Notes: generated from the sequence alone by a model not told the origin. 64,000 bases of DNA from Nitrospirota bacterium (GCA_040754455.1 JBFMCP010000011.1:1-64000), one strand, 5' to 3'. Shown: positions 29,773-40,971, numbered from the stretch's first letter. Numbers and translations are program-made.

Positions 29773-31572
29773 CTATAAGGGTACATCGATTTTTATATGC
29801 AGCTCTTTTAATTGCTTCGGTTCGACCGGTGAAGGTGCACCGGACATCATGCAGACCGCCTTCTGCGTCTTGGGGAACGCGATCACATCCCTGATGGATG
29901 ACACCCCCGCCATGAGCATTACAAGCCGATCAAGTCCGAGCGCCAGTCCTCCATGGGGAGGAGCTCCGAACTGCAGCGCATCGAGGAGAAAGCCGAATTT
30001 CTGCTTTGCCTCTTCCTCGGAGATGTTCAGGACATCAAACATCTTCCGCTGTACCGAAGTGTTATGGATACGGATACTGCCACCGCCGATCTCGTAGCCG
30101 TTCAGTACGATATCGTACGCCTTAGCCCTGAGCGAGGCCAGCAGTTTGAATGAGGCATTGTTGAACTTAACATCCTCCAGGTCAACGGAAAACAGCTTTT
30201 CGATATCTTCATCCAGCGTTGCAGTGAATGGATGATGCATTGCCTGAAAGCGTCCCTCTTCCTCATCCCACTCGAGGAGCGGGAAGTCGGTGATCCATGC
30301 AAACTTATATCCGGGCTGAATGAGATTGAGTCTCTTGCCGAGCTCAAGCCGCATACGGCTCAGCACATCATAGACGATCTTCGGCTTATCGGCAACGAAG
30401 AGCATCAAGTCTCCCTCTTCAGCCTCAAGCCGCCCCGCCATGTTCCTGAGGACCTCTTCAGGGAAGAACTTTGCGATAGGAGACTCGAATCCGCCTTTCA
30501 CCTTGATCCACGCAAGGCCCTTTGCTCCGAAAGACTGCGCCTCGGCAGTGAGCATGTCGAGATCCTTCCTCGAGATTCCGGCCATGCCTTTACCGTTGAG
30601 GGCTTTCACCATCCCGCCAGCCCGGAGCGCATCGAGGAAGACCTTGAAGGTGCCCTGTCCTGCGAGATCAGCCATATCTTTGAGCTCGAGGCCGAACCGC
30701 AGGTCGGGCTTGTCGTTGCCGAACCGCTCCATCGATTCATGAAAAGTCAGACGCGGAAAGGGCGTTTCAACGGGGATATCCAGCACTTCCTTGAAGAGCC
30801 GCTGCATCAGTCCCTCGATAAGATCGATGATGTGTTCCCGATCGACAAACGACATCTCGAGATCCACCTGAGTGAATTCAGGCTGACGGTCTGCTCTCAG
30901 ATCCTCATCACGGAAGCATTTCACGATCTGGAAATACCGCTCCATTCCCGCGACCATGAGTATCTGCTTGAAGAGCTGGGGGGACTGGGGAAGGGCGTAG
31001 AATTGTCCCGCATTCAAGCGGCTCGGTACGAGATAGTCCCGTGCACCTTCAGGCGTCGACTTGGTAAGCATCGGCGTTTCGATTTCGAGGAAGCCCCGCT
31101 CATCGAGATAGTCCCTGGTGACCTTGGAGATGCGATGACGCATGATGAGATTCCTCTGCATTTCCGGCCTTCTCAGGTCGAGATAGCGGTACCTGAGCCT
31201 GAGGGCTTCGCCCGCATCAGTATCCTCTTCCATAGCGAAGGGAAGAGGAGCGGCCTCATTGAGCACCTCAAGAGTGCGGATATAGATTTCGATCATGCCG
31301 GTAGAGAGAGCAGGGTTCACGGTACCTTCCGGTCTCTTTCGCACCTCGCCGGAAACGGCAATCACATACTCAGCCCTCAGGTCATGTGCCTTTTCGTGGG
31401 CCTCACCCGAGACATCGGGGCTGAAGACAATCTGGCAGATGCCGCTCCGGTCCCTGAGATCGATGAATATCAGACCTCCGTGGTCCCTCCTTCTGAATAC
31501 CCAGCCGGCAAGACGCACCGAAGCGCCGATATCCGATTCTCTCAGCTCACCACACCCTTTGTCCCGAACCAT
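29773..31572 (-). CDS. aspS: Aspartate--tRNA ligase (probably non-discriminating)
   Basis: RRRDHGGLIFIDLRD, STPEGARDY, FRDEDLRADRQPEFTQ, GAPPHGG. Confidence 0.98.
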   Translation of the reverse strand: MVRDKGCGELRESDIGASVRLAGWVFRRRDHGGLIFIDLRDRSGICQIVFSPDVSGEAHEKAHDLRAEYVIAVSGEVRKRPEGTVNPALSTGMIEIYIRTLEVLNEAAPLPFAMEEDTDAGEALRLRYRYLDLRRPEMQRNLIMRHRISKVTRDYLDERGFLEIETPMLTKSTPEGARDYLVPSRLNAGQFYALPQSPQLFKQILMVAGMERYFQIVKCFRDEDLRADRQPEFTQVDLEMSFVDREHIIDLIEGLMQRLFKEVLDIPVETPFPRLTFHESMERFGNDKPDLRFGLELKDMADLAGQGTFKVFLDALRAGGMVKALNGKGMAGISRKDLDMLTAEAQSFGAKGLAWIKVKGGFESPIAKFFPEEVLRNMAGRLEAEEGDLMLFVADKPKIVYDVLSRMRLELGKRLNLIQPGYKFAWITDFPLLEWDEEEGRFQAMHHPFTATLDEDIEKLFSVDLEDVKFNNASFKLLASLRAKAYDIVLNGYEIGGGSIRIHNTSVQRKMFDVLNISEEEAKQKFGFLLDALQFGAPPHGGLALGLDRLVMLMAGVSSIRDVIAFPKTQKAVCMMSGAPSPVEPKQLKELHIKIDVPL

Positions 31573-31608
31573 AAAACCTCCGCCTTTATAATTTAAAAAC
31601 TGATCTTC

Positions 31609-32331
31609 TTAGTGCGCGCTTATCTCTTGCCTGATACGTTCCAGCTCTTCATCGTAAAGGGGGCGGTACTTTCCCTCTTCCACTCCCCTGAGCACCAACC
31701 CGTTGATGGCGATACGTTTGAGGCGCATTACCGGATGCCCGACGCTCTCGAGCATTCTCCGTACCTGCCGCTTCTTTCCCTCATGGATGGTTATCTCTAT
31801 CCAGGAATTATGCTCCAGCTGCTTCAGTTTTTTCACTTTGGCGGGAGCGGTCATGCCGTCCTCAAGCCGTACGCCGCGCCGGAGCTTCACAAGTGCGCTG
31901 TCTTCAATGTCGCCCTTCACCTTGACCACGTAGGTCTTCGGTATCTTTTTGGACGGATGCAAGATCGAATGGGCAAAATCGCCGTCATTCGTAATCAGGA
32001 GCAATCCCTCGGAGTCGTAATCAAGCCTGCCGATGGGAAATACCCGGTATTTGATACCACGCAGATAATCCTTTATCGTCGGTCTGCCCTCCGGATCATA
32101 GAGCGAGGTGACGACCCCCCGCGGCTTATTGAACATAAGATAGACCTTCGGCTCAGGCCTGGTGAGAAGCTTTCCATCGACTTTTATATGATCCCGTGCA
32201 GGGTCGGCCTTCATCCCGAGTTCTGCGGGCTTGCCGTTGACCGTCACCCTTCCCTCGATGATGAGTTCCTCGGCCTTTCGCCGCGAGACGACCCCCATCT
32301 GGGCAAGTATTTTCTGGATTCGCTGTTCCAT
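31609..32331 (-). CDS. rluB: S4-domain rRNA pseudouridine synthase (RluB-like)
   Basis: RIQKILA..G..SRR, NKPRGV, GRLDYDSEGLL, EGKKRQVRRM. Confidence 0.9.
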   Translation of the reverse strand: MEQRIQKILAQMGVVSRRKAEELIIEGRVTVNGKPAELGMKADPARDHIKVDGKLLTRPEPKVYLMFNKPRGVVTSLYDPEGRPTIKDYLRGIKYRVFPIGRLDYDSEGLLLITNDGDFAHSILHPSKKIPKTYVVKVKGDIEDSALVKLRRGVRLEDGMTAPAKVKKLKQLEHNSWIEITIHEGKKRQVRRMLESVGHPVMRLKRIAINGLVLRGVEEGKYRPLYDEELERIRQEISAH

Positions 32332-32340
32332 ACTACTTCG

Positions 32341-32420
32341 TGAAGTCAGGAGTCAGAATCCAGGATTCAGAATAAAAACTCCCTATTGCTTCTGATTACT
32401 GGCTCCTGGGTTCCGAATTT
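32341..32420. repeat. Heptamer-repeat inverted element
   Basis: AGTCAGG AGTCAGA ATCCAGG ATTCAGA against TCTGATT ACTGGCT CCTGGGT TCCGAAT. Confidence 0.75.
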
Positions 32421-32424
32421 TCGT

Positions 32425-33372
32425 TTATATCTTTACTTCCACGTATGCCTTTTCGCGCAGGCCCTTTACCCAGTTCCGGTATTCCCTGGTGAATTTCTCA
32501 TTGAGCAGCTTCTGGCGTATCGCCTCACGTAATTCCTGAGGAGTCTTGTACAGCACTACATCATTTACTTTGAGAATGTGCATTCCGCTTTCACTCCAGA
32601 ACGGCTCGCTCACCTCACCGGCCTTCATGGTACTCAGCACATTGAGGAAGTCTCCGGACATCTCCGATTTCCGTATAAATCCCAGGTCGCCGCCGGCCCG
32701 TGCACTGCGGTCTTCCGAATAGGTACGGGCGAGATCGGAAAAGCTCTCCCCGGCCTTGATCTTTCTATAGATATCCTGCGCCTTCTCTTCAACCGCTTTC
32801 TTGTCGTCTGTTTTGCGCAGAAAGATATGGCTGATGGCAAAGCCCTCACTGTTTGCCGATGCCTCCCTATGCTCTGCAAGGTAGGCATCGATCTCTTTCT
32901 CCGTCACTAATACTTTGCTCCGCACCTCCTGATCTATAATGCGGCCAATCGTTATCTGCTCGGCGAGCTTCTTCCGGTATTCGGCAAGGGAGAACCCCTC
33001 CTTCTTGATCATCTCTTCGAACATCGCATCAGTCATGGCGTACTTATCCCTGATGCTCCTGATCGCCGTGTCGACATCGCTCTTGCCTGCGCCGATCCCG
33101 GCCCTGGCCGCTTCCTGGAGCTGCAGTTTCATTTCGATGAGCGTATCGAGATACGCCATTTCATTCTCTTTGAAGACCCTTCGCTTGTCTTCGGCTTTCA
33201 GGGCCTTTATTTCTTCAGCAGCATCAAATTCCATGCCCTTGTAGAGGTCGCTCCAGGTGATTACCTCTTTATTGACGATGGCCATGATTCTATCGAGGAC
33301 GATGGCACCCTGCACCGCCGGTGCGAGCCCAAGCATCATAATACATATACCCACGATCAACTTTTTACTCAT
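32425..33372 (-). CDS. surA: SurA-like peptidyl-prolyl isomerase
   Basis: Signal peptide, DRIMAIVN.EVIT, parvulin SHIF...GESFSDLA..YSED...GGDLGF...G.HI, LREKAYVE. Confidence 0.88.
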   Translation of the reverse strand: MSKKLIVGICIMMLGLAPAVQGAIVLDRIMAIVNKEVITWSDLYKGMEFDAAEEIKALKAEDKRRVFKENEMAYLDTLIEMKLQLQEAARAGIGAGKSDVDTAIRSIRDKYAMTDAMFEEMIKKEGFSLAEYRKKLAEQITIGRIIDQEVRSKVLVTEKEIDAYLAEHREASANSEGFAISHIFLRKTDDKKAVEEKAQDIYRKIKAGESFSDLARTYSEDRSARAGGDLGFIRKSEMSGDFLNVLSTMKAGEVSEPFWSESGMHILKVNDVVLYKTPQELREAIRQKLLNEKFTREYRNWVKGLREKAYVEVKI

Positions 33373-33562
33373 AATCGAACCTCCCCTGCTGCTCACTGCT
33401 GTGTGTTGATTGCTGCTCCATTGCCGTAGAGAGCCGTCAAACCGTTATAAGACAACGGATATTGTAGCATATTTGAAGCCATTATTCTCCGGGAAGCTCC
33501 GGGTGCGTCCTTTTGTTGCAGTATATAAGCAACATCAAAGAGAAAGGAATGCAGGTGACCGA

Positions 33563-34531
33563 TTATCGCTCAATGAGAGGAAGGACGGTTACAGGGTCTG
33601 AAGGGATGCTCTCGCTCTTCGGGCCCAGGGCGGTAATGTAATACGTGGTTTTTATACGCAGCGGGTCACGGTCGGTAAAGGCAGGGGTCACAGTCTCCCC
33701 GATAACGCTGAAGCCCTCCTCGTTGTCCCTCTTTCTATAAATGCGATACCCCCCGATCCATGTCTCGGAGTTCTCATTCCACAGTAGGTGGACCCTGTGC
33801 GGCGAGAGGGCATAATTAAGTCCCGAGGGTTTTGAGGGAACAAATGCATCAGGGTTGATCTCCAGTTGCCGGGAGGGAGCCCCCTCTTCGATCATGCCGG
33901 CGGTGAGCACGGATGTCACCACATAGTACACCGGCCTTTCCGTCGTGATAGCATCACGAAATACCGGCTCTTTTAAGGGAGCGCTGTTCAGGGGCGCCGG
34001 CGCGTAAACGCCCCTTTCAGCACTTTTATAGATATTATATGAAATCCCCTCGCCGACGCTTTTCCACCTGATTTCGACAATGTTATCGACAATCCGGTAT
34101 GACAGCTCTGCGGGAGGGGGAGGCAACTTCGATGGTCGTACCGTAATCACCGGCGAAGGATCGCTGATCACGTCTCTAAGGCTATAGACCCGTATCCGGT
34201 AGAAGTAACTGCCGCCTGTACTGAATTCCTTGTCAGCAAACTGTGAAGCATCATTCTTCAAAAAGGCGATATTTCTGAACCCTTCTCTCGGGTCTCCCTC
34301 TGCTTTCTCGATATAAAACCCTTTAATCGTCGCCCTGCTTGCAGAAGGATATGACCATGAGATGGTCAGTTCATCTTTGCGGTGTACCGCGTTGAGCGCG
34401 GTCACTGCCGGTGGCTTCTCAAAGGTCTTAAGAGTAGGCGCACCCTTTTTGCCGCAGCCGGTGATGAGCGCAACCTGTGCAAGGGCGACGGCGATATACA
34501 TGATCATCCGCAGGAGGTAACGGCAATTCAT
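33563..34531 (-). CDS. Fibronectin type III repeat lipoprotein
   Basis: Lipobox ITGCGKKG.P; three FN3-like repeats (W...Y.IY/F...D...Y.Y.V). Confidence 0.82.
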   Translation of the reverse strand: MNCRYLLRMIMYIAVALAQVALITGCGKKGAPTLKTFEKPPAVTALNAVHRKDELTISWSYPSASRATIKGFYIEKAEGDPREGFRNIAFLKNDASQFADKEFSTGGSYFYRIRVYSLRDVISDPSPVITVRPSKLPPPPAELSYRIVDNIVEIRWKSVGEGISYNIYKSAERGVYAPAPLNSAPLKEPVFRDAITTERPVYYVVTSVLTAGMIEEGAPSRQLEINPDAFVPSKPSGLNYALSPHRVHLLWNENSETWIGGYRIYRKRDNEEGFSVIGETVTPAFTDRDPLRIKTTYYITALGPKSESIPSDPVTVLPLIER

Positions 34532-34660
34532 TAGTTTCACCCTCTGAACCATTAATGCAGCTATTATACCATTGAATAAAAGAAAAGAGAGGCATGCAGC
34601 GGTCCTTTCTTGCGTGAGCATGCACATACCGCAGGCAGCCCCAACACATAAGTCCTGCTG

Positions 34661-36037
34661 TTATTTTCTGAGATCTCTTTTGAACCTTTTAATCTGTGCT
34701 CTGACAGACTGAGATGATGTGCCGCCAAAGGACTTCCTGGCGCTCACTGATGCGTGTGTACTGATAAAGCGGTAGAGGTCTTCATCAATAGCGGACGAAA
34801 AAGACTTGTACTCGTCGATGCGCACATCGGATAATGTTTTCTTCTTTTCAATGCAGTAGCGGACAATCTTTCCGGTAATCTCATGGGCGGTTCTGAAAGG
34901 GATTCCCTTCCGTACAAGATATTCGGCTATATCCGTCGCTGTAGAGAACGCAGCATCGCCGCTCGCTTCCAGCTTTCGTTTATTGTAGGTCACTTTCGGC
35001 AGCATTTCGGCAAGCAACGCGAGTGTGGCCTTGACCGTATCCACTGAGTCAAAAACAGGCTCCTTGTCCTCCTGCATATCTCTGTTATAGGTAAGGGGCA
35101 GTCCCTTCATAATTGTTAAGAGGTTAACGAGATTGCCGTATACCCTGCCGGTCTTGCCGCGCATCAGCTCGGATACGTCGGGGTTCTTTTTCTGCGGCAT
35201 GATGCTCGACCCTGTGGTGAACGCATCAGGCAATGTTATAAACGAGAACTCTTCTGATGACCAGAGGATCAATTCCTCGGACATACGTGAAACGTGCATC
35301 ATTATTATTGCCGCACAGGAAAGGAATTCGATCGCAAAGTCCCGGTCGGCAACAGAGTCCATGCTGTTCTCGGAGACCGCATCAAAGCCCAGAAGCTCCG
35401 CAACATAGTGCCGGTCGATCGGCAGCGTTGTCCCGGCCAGCGCGCCTGATCCCAAGGGCAGGATATTGATTCTCTTCAATGCATCTTCACAACGATTCCG
35501 GTCCCTGCGGAACATCTGCGCATAAGCCATGAGATGGTGCGAGAGGAGCACCGGCTGTGCCCGCTGAGTATGGGTGTAGCCGGGCATGACGATGCCGAGA
35601 TACTTTTCCGCGCTGTCGGCAAGCACGGTCTCGAGCTCTTTCAGCAGCGAGATAATGGTACGCACTTCCGCTCTCAGGTAGAGCCTGATATCGAGCGCCA
35701 CCTGGTCGTTTCTCGAACGCGCCGTGTGGAGCCTGCCGCCCACATCCCCGATCTTTGCAATGAGCGCCGATTCGATATTCATGTGGATATCCTCAAGCTC
35801 CTCTTTGAATCTGAATCTGCCCTCTTCGATCTCTTTGCTAATCTCCTTGATCCCCTTTACAATCTTGTCCGCATCTTTTTTGGGGATAATGCCCTGCTTC
35901 CCCAGCATCTTCGCATGGGCAATACTTCCCTCGATATCGTATCTCCAGAGGCGTTTATCAAAGGAGATCGACTCGGTGTATTGCTCGACGCTCTTCGAGG
36001 TCTTCTCGGTAAATCTTCCCGACCACAGTTTTTTCAT
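34661..36037 (-). CDS. argH: Argininosuccinate lyase
   Basis: [41 protein letters not shown]. Confidence 0.98.
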   Translation of the reverse strand: MKKLWSGRFTEKTSKSVEQYTESISFDKRLWRYDIEGSIAHAKMLGKQGIIPKKDADKIVKGIKEISKEIEEGRFRFKEELEDIHMNIESALIAKIGDVGGRLHTARSRNDQVALDIRLYLRAEVRTIISLLKELETVLADSAEKYLGIVMPGYTHTQRAQPVLLSHHLMAYAQMFRRDRNRCEDALKRINILPLGSGALAGTTLPIDRHYVAELLGFDAVSENSMDSVADRDFAIEFLSCAAIIMMHVSRMSEELILWSSEEFSFITLPDAFTTGSSIMPQKKNPDVSELMRGKTGRVYGNLVNLLTIMKGLPLTYNRDMQEDKEPVFDSVDTVKATLALLAEMLPKVTYNKRKLEASGDAAFSTATDIAEYLVRKGIPFRTAHEITGKIVRYCIEKKKTLSDVRIDEYKSFSSAIDEDLYRFISTHASVSARKSFGGTSSQSVRAQIKRFKRDLRK

Positions 36038-36141
36038 GTATTCACCAATCGCATTGAGATTACTTATGAATAGCATGCATATTATCGTGTACTGAGAAAA
36101 AAATGCAAGGGGACACGCATGACAACAGATGAGGATAAGCA

Positions 36142-36180
36142 AAAACGGAGGCAGTGAGATGATCTCTCCTGCCTCCGTTC
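36142..36180 (-). terminator. Probable terminator after the EF-G paralogue
   Basis: AACGGAGGCAG...CTGCCTCCGTT stem; U-tract on the minus strand. Confidence 0.65.
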
Positions 36181-36196
36181 TCATTTCAGAATAATT

Positions 36197-38290
36197 TTAG
36201 TGTTCTTCTTCCTTCTGCTTCTGGCGCTCTGCAATGATCTTCTGCGCAATATGCGCCGGCACTTCCTCATAGTGGGAGAATTCCATCGAATAGAGGCCCC
36301 GCGCCGATGTCATACTCTGGAGTTGGTTGGCATACGTCAGCATCTCCGACATAGGGACCGTAGCAAGGATCTTCTGGTTGCCGCCTGCCTGGGGCTCCAC
36401 ACCCTGCACCTTGCCGCGCCGGGTGTTCAGATCGCCGATGACCGTGCCGAGCGTATCATCGGGGGCAATGACCTCAACCTTCATGACCGGCTCGAGCAGC
36501 ACAGGCTTCGCATCCATAAAGGCCTTCTTCAGTGCCATTGAGCCGGCGATCTTGAAGGCCATTTCCGAGGAGTCCACCGAATGGTAGGAGCCGTCATAGA
36601 GTGTCGCTTTCATGTCGATAATCGGATATCCCGCAAGGATACCCTCCTTCATGGTCTCCACAATTCCCTTTTCAACAGCCGGACGGTATTGTTGCGGGAT
36701 GACACCGCCGACGATTTTGTCGACGAACTGAAACCCGCTGCCTCTCGGAAGCGGCTCAATCTCGATCCAACAGTCGCCGTACTGGCCGCGGCCGCCGGAC
36801 TGCTTTTTGTATCTGCCCTGCGCCTTGACCGCCACCCTGATCGCTTCGCGGTAGGCGATCTTCGGTGTCTTCATCACCACTTCGACGCCGAACTTTCTCT
36901 TGAGCCGCTCGAGAGCGATCTCGAGGTGGACCTGTCCCATCCCGGAGAAGATCATCTCTTTTGACTCTTCATCTCTTGAGAAGCGGAGGGTAGGGTCTTC
37001 CTCCAGGATGCGGTGAAGCCCGGTGCTCACCTTTTCCTCGTCACCCTTCGTCTTCGGCGCTATCGCATAAGAAATGATAGGTTCCGCAAATTTGACCTGC
37101 TCCAGGACCAGCGGATGGTGTTCTTCGCACAGGGTATCACCGACATTGGTATCCTTGAGCTTTACCACTGCAGCGATCTCGCCGGGACCCACCGACTGAA
37201 CCTGGACATGTTTTTTCCCCTGCAGATAGAACACCTGCCCTACCCTCTCTTTTGCGTTCGCGGTTGCGTTCAACACCGTAGAGTCCGCCTTCAGCACTCC
37301 CGAATAGACCCTGAAAATGGAGAGCTTGCCTGCATAAGGATCGGCAATGGTCTTAAAGACATAGGCAGTAAGCGGGTCAGTATCGACCGGCTTTCTTTCT
37401 ATCTCTTTTCCCTCTTTGGGATTAGTTCCCCTGATCGGGGAGATCCTGCTCATGTCCACCGGTGACGGCAGGCAGAGCAGCATGGCATCCATAAGCTGAC
37501 GCACACCGATATTCAGGGTGGCGGCTCCGCAGGCGACCGGGATAAAACGCCGCGTCAGCGAGCCCTCACGTACTCCCTTTATGATTTCATCATTGGTCGG
37601 CTCTGTTCCTTCGAGATACTTTTCAAGAAGACTGTCGTCCGACTCAGCGATCTTCTCGACGAGCTTTTTCCGGTATTCTTCAGCACGGTCACGCACATCC
37701 GAAGGGATCTCGGCCTCAACCGTTTTTCCTCCTTCGGAGAGGTAGGCCCTCATGGCAATGAGATCCACCACACCTTTGAGCTGCTCGCCCTCGCCCACCG
37801 GAATAAACAGGGGGACCCCCTCTGTTTCAAAGGACTTCTCGAGCTCGCTCAGGGCATTGTAAAAGTCTGCCGATTCCTTGTCCAACTTGTTCACAAAGAC
37901 CATTCTCGGGATCTCGAACTCGCAGGCGTATTTCCATATCTTCTCTGTTTCCGCCTTGACGCCCGATATACCGCTGACAATGACGACCGCTCCGTCGGAG
38001 ACCCTGAGACTGCCCCTCGTATCCTCTATGAAATTGATAAACCCCGGCGTGTCGATGAGATTCACCCTGTTGCCCTTCCAGTCGCAATACGCAATCGCCG
38101 AGGAGACGCTTATCTTTCGCGCAATCTCTTCCGGCTCGTAATCGGTCACCGTGTTGCCGGCTTCAACGCTTCCCATTCTGTCAATAACTCCCGCATTGAA
38201 CAAAATGGCTTCGGTCAGCGACGTCTTGCCGGCGCCACTGTGGGCAATGATTGCTACATTCCTGATGTGACCCGTATCTACTTTTGACAT
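36197..38290 (-). CDS. fusA: Elongation factor G paralogue (EF-G II type)
   Basis: G1 AHSGAGKTSL, divergent switch I RKISV (canonical RGITI), DTPG, NKLD, KQSGGRGQYG, DGSYHSVDSS; not in an rpsL-rpsG-tuf context. Confidence 0.93.
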   Translation of the reverse strand: MSKVDTGHIRNVAIIAHSGAGKTSLTEAILFNAGVIDRMGSVEAGNTVTDYEPEEIARKISVSSAIAYCDWKGNRVNLIDTPGFINFIEDTRGSLRVSDGAVVIVSGISGVKAETEKIWKYACEFEIPRMVFVNKLDKESADFYNALSELEKSFETEGVPLFIPVGEGEQLKGVVDLIAMRAYLSEGGKTVEAEIPSDVRDRAEEYRKKLVEKIAESDDSLLEKYLEGTEPTNDEIIKGVREGSLTRRFIPVACGAATLNIGVRQLMDAMLLCLPSPVDMSRISPIRGTNPKEGKEIERKPVDTDPLTAYVFKTIADPYAGKLSIFRVYSGVLKADSTVLNATANAKERVGQVFYLQGKKHVQVQSVGPGEIAAVVKLKDTNVGDTLCEEHHPLVLEQVKFAEPIISYAIAPKTKGDEEKVSTGLHRILEEDPTLRFSRDEESKEMIFSGMGQVHLEIALERLKRKFGVEVVMKTPKIAYREAIRVAVKAQGRYKKQSGGRGQYGDCWIEIEPLPRGSGFQFVDKIVGGVIPQQYRPAVEKGIVETMKEGILAGYPIIDMKATLYDGSYHSVDSSEMAFKIAGSMALKKAFMDAKPVLLEPVMKVEVIAPDDTLGTVIGDLNTRRGKVQGVEPQAGGNQKILATVPMSEMLTYANQLQSMTSARGLYSMEFSHYEEVPAHIAQKIIAERQKQKEEEH

Positions 38291-38315
38291 AGGCTCTAAC
38301 CCCCTTCTGTATTTA

Positions 38316-38393
38316 AACTCCCAATCCCAAATTCTAAATTCTAAACCAATACCGGAAACAGTTTAGGATTTAGTACTTAGGATTTAGTATTTC
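38316..38393. repeat. Heptamer-repeat inverted element overlapping the rseC stop
   Basis: TCCCAAA TTCTAAA TTCTAAA against TTTAGGA TTTAGTA CTTAGGA TTTAGTA. Confidence 0.75.
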
Positions 38394-38810
38394 TTCTACT
38401 ATTGGTACATCTTCCTTTTTGCTCTCATACCCCTTTGACCATAGCTTGATGATCAGAAAGGAGATGATAAACAGTCCGAATCCACCGATGGCAGAGGCGA
38501 TATCCGGATCAAGAAAAGCAAGAATTCTGCTCAGATACTCCTTGCCGATGACCGCACCGACGATGAGCATCAAGGCAGGGACACCATAGATAAGGGCGGT
38601 TCCTTTAATATAGGTGTACGGTCTGAAAGAGACCCTGACCGTATCGCCAATGCCCGCCTTTACATCGTTTACGGCCTCGATCATCATCTCATTGGCTCCG
38701 AGCTTTTTGCAGACGGAGCCGCCGGGGCAGGATTCACAGGAGCTCTTTTTCTGCACCGCAATGAGAGCTTTCGGCCCATGTATCTCTCTGACAACGCCAA
38801 TTTCTTCCAT
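38370..38810 (-). CDS. rseC: RseC/MucC family protein
   Basis: EE.G.V, SSCESC...C, A.N...A..GD.V, YGVP, two TM helices. Confidence 0.88.
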   Translation of the reverse strand: MEEIGVVREIHGPKALIAVQKKSSCESCPGGSVCKKLGANEMMIEAVNDVKAGIGDTVRVSFRPYTYIKGTALIYGVPALMLIVGAVIGKEYLSRILAFLDPDIASAIGGFGLFIISFLIIKLWSKGYESKKEDVPIVEEILNPKY

Positions 38811-38883
38811 ACCTCTTTTTATCCTACACTAAAGTCGTCAAGGCAGTAAATAAGCAGGCAGAAAACAGGCAAAATCACTGTGC

Positions 38884-40311
38884 TTAGGGCAGATTAAGCA
38901 CCATCAACCGCAGCTCGGTCATCTCCTCAATGGCATACCTGATCCCCTCCCTGCCGAAGCCTGACCGTTTTACCCCGCCATAGGGCATATGGTCGACCCG
39001 GTAGGTAGGGATATCGTTAATGACCACACCGCCTACCTCGAGAGACTCAAATGCCTTGAAGGCACGCTTGATATCATTGGTAAATACCCCTGCCTGGAGC
39101 CCGTAGGCCGAGCTGTCCACCGCCCGGATACCTTCGTCAAAATCCTTGATCCTTGCAACCGTTACAATCGGAGCAAACACCTCCATGCAGCTTACCTTCA
39201 TCTCAAGAGTCGTATCAGCCAGCACCGTAGGGGCATAGAAACTCCCTTCCCTCTTGCCTCCGATCAACACCGTGGCTCCCTTCTCTTTAGCCTCCGCAAC
39301 CCAGGCCTCAGCCCGTTCGCTGTTGGCAACATCGATCAAGGGACCGATATCCGTCTCTTCTGAAAGGGGATCACCCTGCCTCAGCTCGGCAACCAACGCA
39401 ATAAACCTCTCCACAAAGGCGTCATATACCCGTTCATGAATATAGACACGCTGCACCGAAATGCAGACCTGCCCTACATAGGAAAACGCCCCGGTGACAC
39501 ACCGCTTCGCAGCATAGTCCAGATCAGTGTCCTCATCGATAATGACCCCTGCATTGCCGCCCAATTCGAGGATCACCCTCTTCTGCGGGGGCACCTTTGC
39601 TTTCAACGACCACCCCACTGATGCACTTCCGGTAAAGCTGAACACCTTGATCCGCTCATCCATCATGATCTTCTCTGCAATCCCGGTGTCGCTGGGGATC
39701 ACGCTGATGCCGCCCTCGGGCAGCCCTGCCTCGGTGACAATCTCCCCGAGCAGGAGCGCTGTCGTCGGTGTTGCCGATGCGGGCCTGATGATCACCGGAT
39801 TGCCTGAGGCGATTGCAGGCGCGACTTTGTGGGAAACGAGGTTCAAAGGAAAATTGAAGGGTGTAATACCGAAGACCGGGCCGGCAGGAAAGCGACGGGT
39901 GATCCCCCATCTCCCTTCGGAGAGAGGATTCCGGTCCAGCGGGATCATCTCTCCACCAATCCTGCTCGCCTCTTCAGAGGCTATTTTGAAAGTGAGAATG
40001 GACCGGTCGACCTCTCCCCTTGCATCCTTGATAGGCTTGCCGCATTCAAGCGTGATATTCCTAGCTATCTCTTCTTTTCTCTGAGCAAGAAGAGAGGAGA
40101 CATTGGAAAGTATTTCAGCCCGCTTGTAGGAAGGGAGGGTTGCAATCGTTGCTTTTGCATTATGTGCAAGCTCGATTGCTCTGCCCGCCTCTTCATTACC
40201 TGCGCGGCACACTTCAGCAACGACTTCATTATTGAAAGGATTGACTACATTAATTGAATCCTTTGTCTCGACCCTCCGCCCGCCGAGGAACACCGACCAC
40301 TTTTTCGCCAT
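38884..40311 (-). CDS. NAD(P)-dependent aldehyde dehydrogenase
   Basis: ITPFNFPLNL, FTGS, LELGGN, GQVCISVQR, EVFAP, MPYGGVK.SG.GREG. Confidence 0.95.
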   Translation of the reverse strand: MAKKWSVFLGGRRVETKDSINVVNPFNNEVVAEVCRAGNEEAGRAIELAHNAKATIATLPSYKRAEILSNVSSLLAQRKEEIARNITLECGKPIKDARGEVDRSILTFKIASEEASRIGGEMIPLDRNPLSEGRWGITRRFPAGPVFGITPFNFPLNLVSHKVAPAIASGNPVIIRPASATPTTALLLGEIVTEAGLPEGGISVIPSDTGIAEKIMMDERIKVFSFTGSASVGWSLKAKVPPQKRVILELGGNAGVIIDEDTDLDYAAKRCVTGAFSYVGQVCISVQRVYIHERVYDAFVERFIALVAELRQGDPLSEETDIGPLIDVANSERAEAWVAEAKEKGATVLIGGKREGSFYAPTVLADTTLEMKVSCMEVFAPIVTVARIKDFDEGIRAVDSSAYGLQAGVFTNDIKRAFKAFESLEVGGVVINDIPTYRVDHMPYGGVKRSGFGREGIRYAIEEMTELRLMVLNLP

Positions 40312-40485
40312 ACGCCGCCTCCCTAAGGATTGAACATACTTTGTATATCTTATCATGTATTTACCACTGAGCAAACGGTTACGTCTCTGCAAAGATGGCG
40401 AGAGACTCAGAACTGAGTTTTTTAAGGCTCCATGAGCAGCTTTTTGTTATAATTCAATATATTGCATAAGGAGGCGACGGGCACC

Positions 40486-40971
40486 ATGGAAATGCTGTCT
40501 GCAGAGCACGTGGAGAAAATATGGGGGGAGGCTGCGGGCTTCTCTCCTCAACAGGCAGAGAGAGAAATGATCAAGATGAGTAAAAGCCAGCCGGACCTTT
40601 TGGCATTTCTTATGTCTATGAGCGATGGGCTTTCCACCGATGCGCGAGAGCTTGCCATCTGCATCGGCTTCGTCGTATATAAAATGTTTGCTAACGCAAG
40701 AAGCACGATCCCGAATATCTCATCCGAAGAGATTATGGACAACTATAAAGAAAATCTGTTCCTTTTGGAAGATCTGAAAGGGTCACGCGTAAAAATTATC
40801 GATAGCATTATTAAAACCCAATCCTCTGATCAGCCGCATGTCATGAAGTATGTCATCGAGGCACTTACCGAAGACACCGAGGGAGATGATATCAAGCTCA
40901 CAGCAAAGGATACCGCCTCTCTCTTTATCCTTTTGAAAACGGTGATAGAAGTTCTTGATGAAAAGGGGTAG
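40486..40971 (+). CDS. Hypothetical helical protein
   Basis: TAAGGAGG RBS; 161-aa ORF with an internal two-fold echo (QPDLLAFL / QPHVMKYV); no family recognised. Confidence 0.75.
   Translation: MEMLSAEHVEKIWGEAAGFSPQQAEREMIKMSKSQPDLLAFLMSMSDGLSTDARELAICIGFVVYKMFANARSTIPNISSEEIMDNYKENLFLLEDLKGSRVKIIDSIIKTQSSDQPHVMKYVIEALTEDTEGDDIKLTAKDTASLFILLKTVIEVLDEKG

Noticed and set aside
33396..40392. Long N-terminal extensions in the ORF track (argH from 36184, FN3 lipoprotein from 34627, aldehyde dehydrogenase from 40392)
   Set aside because: Family-typical N-termini or RBS positions support the downstream starts used here.
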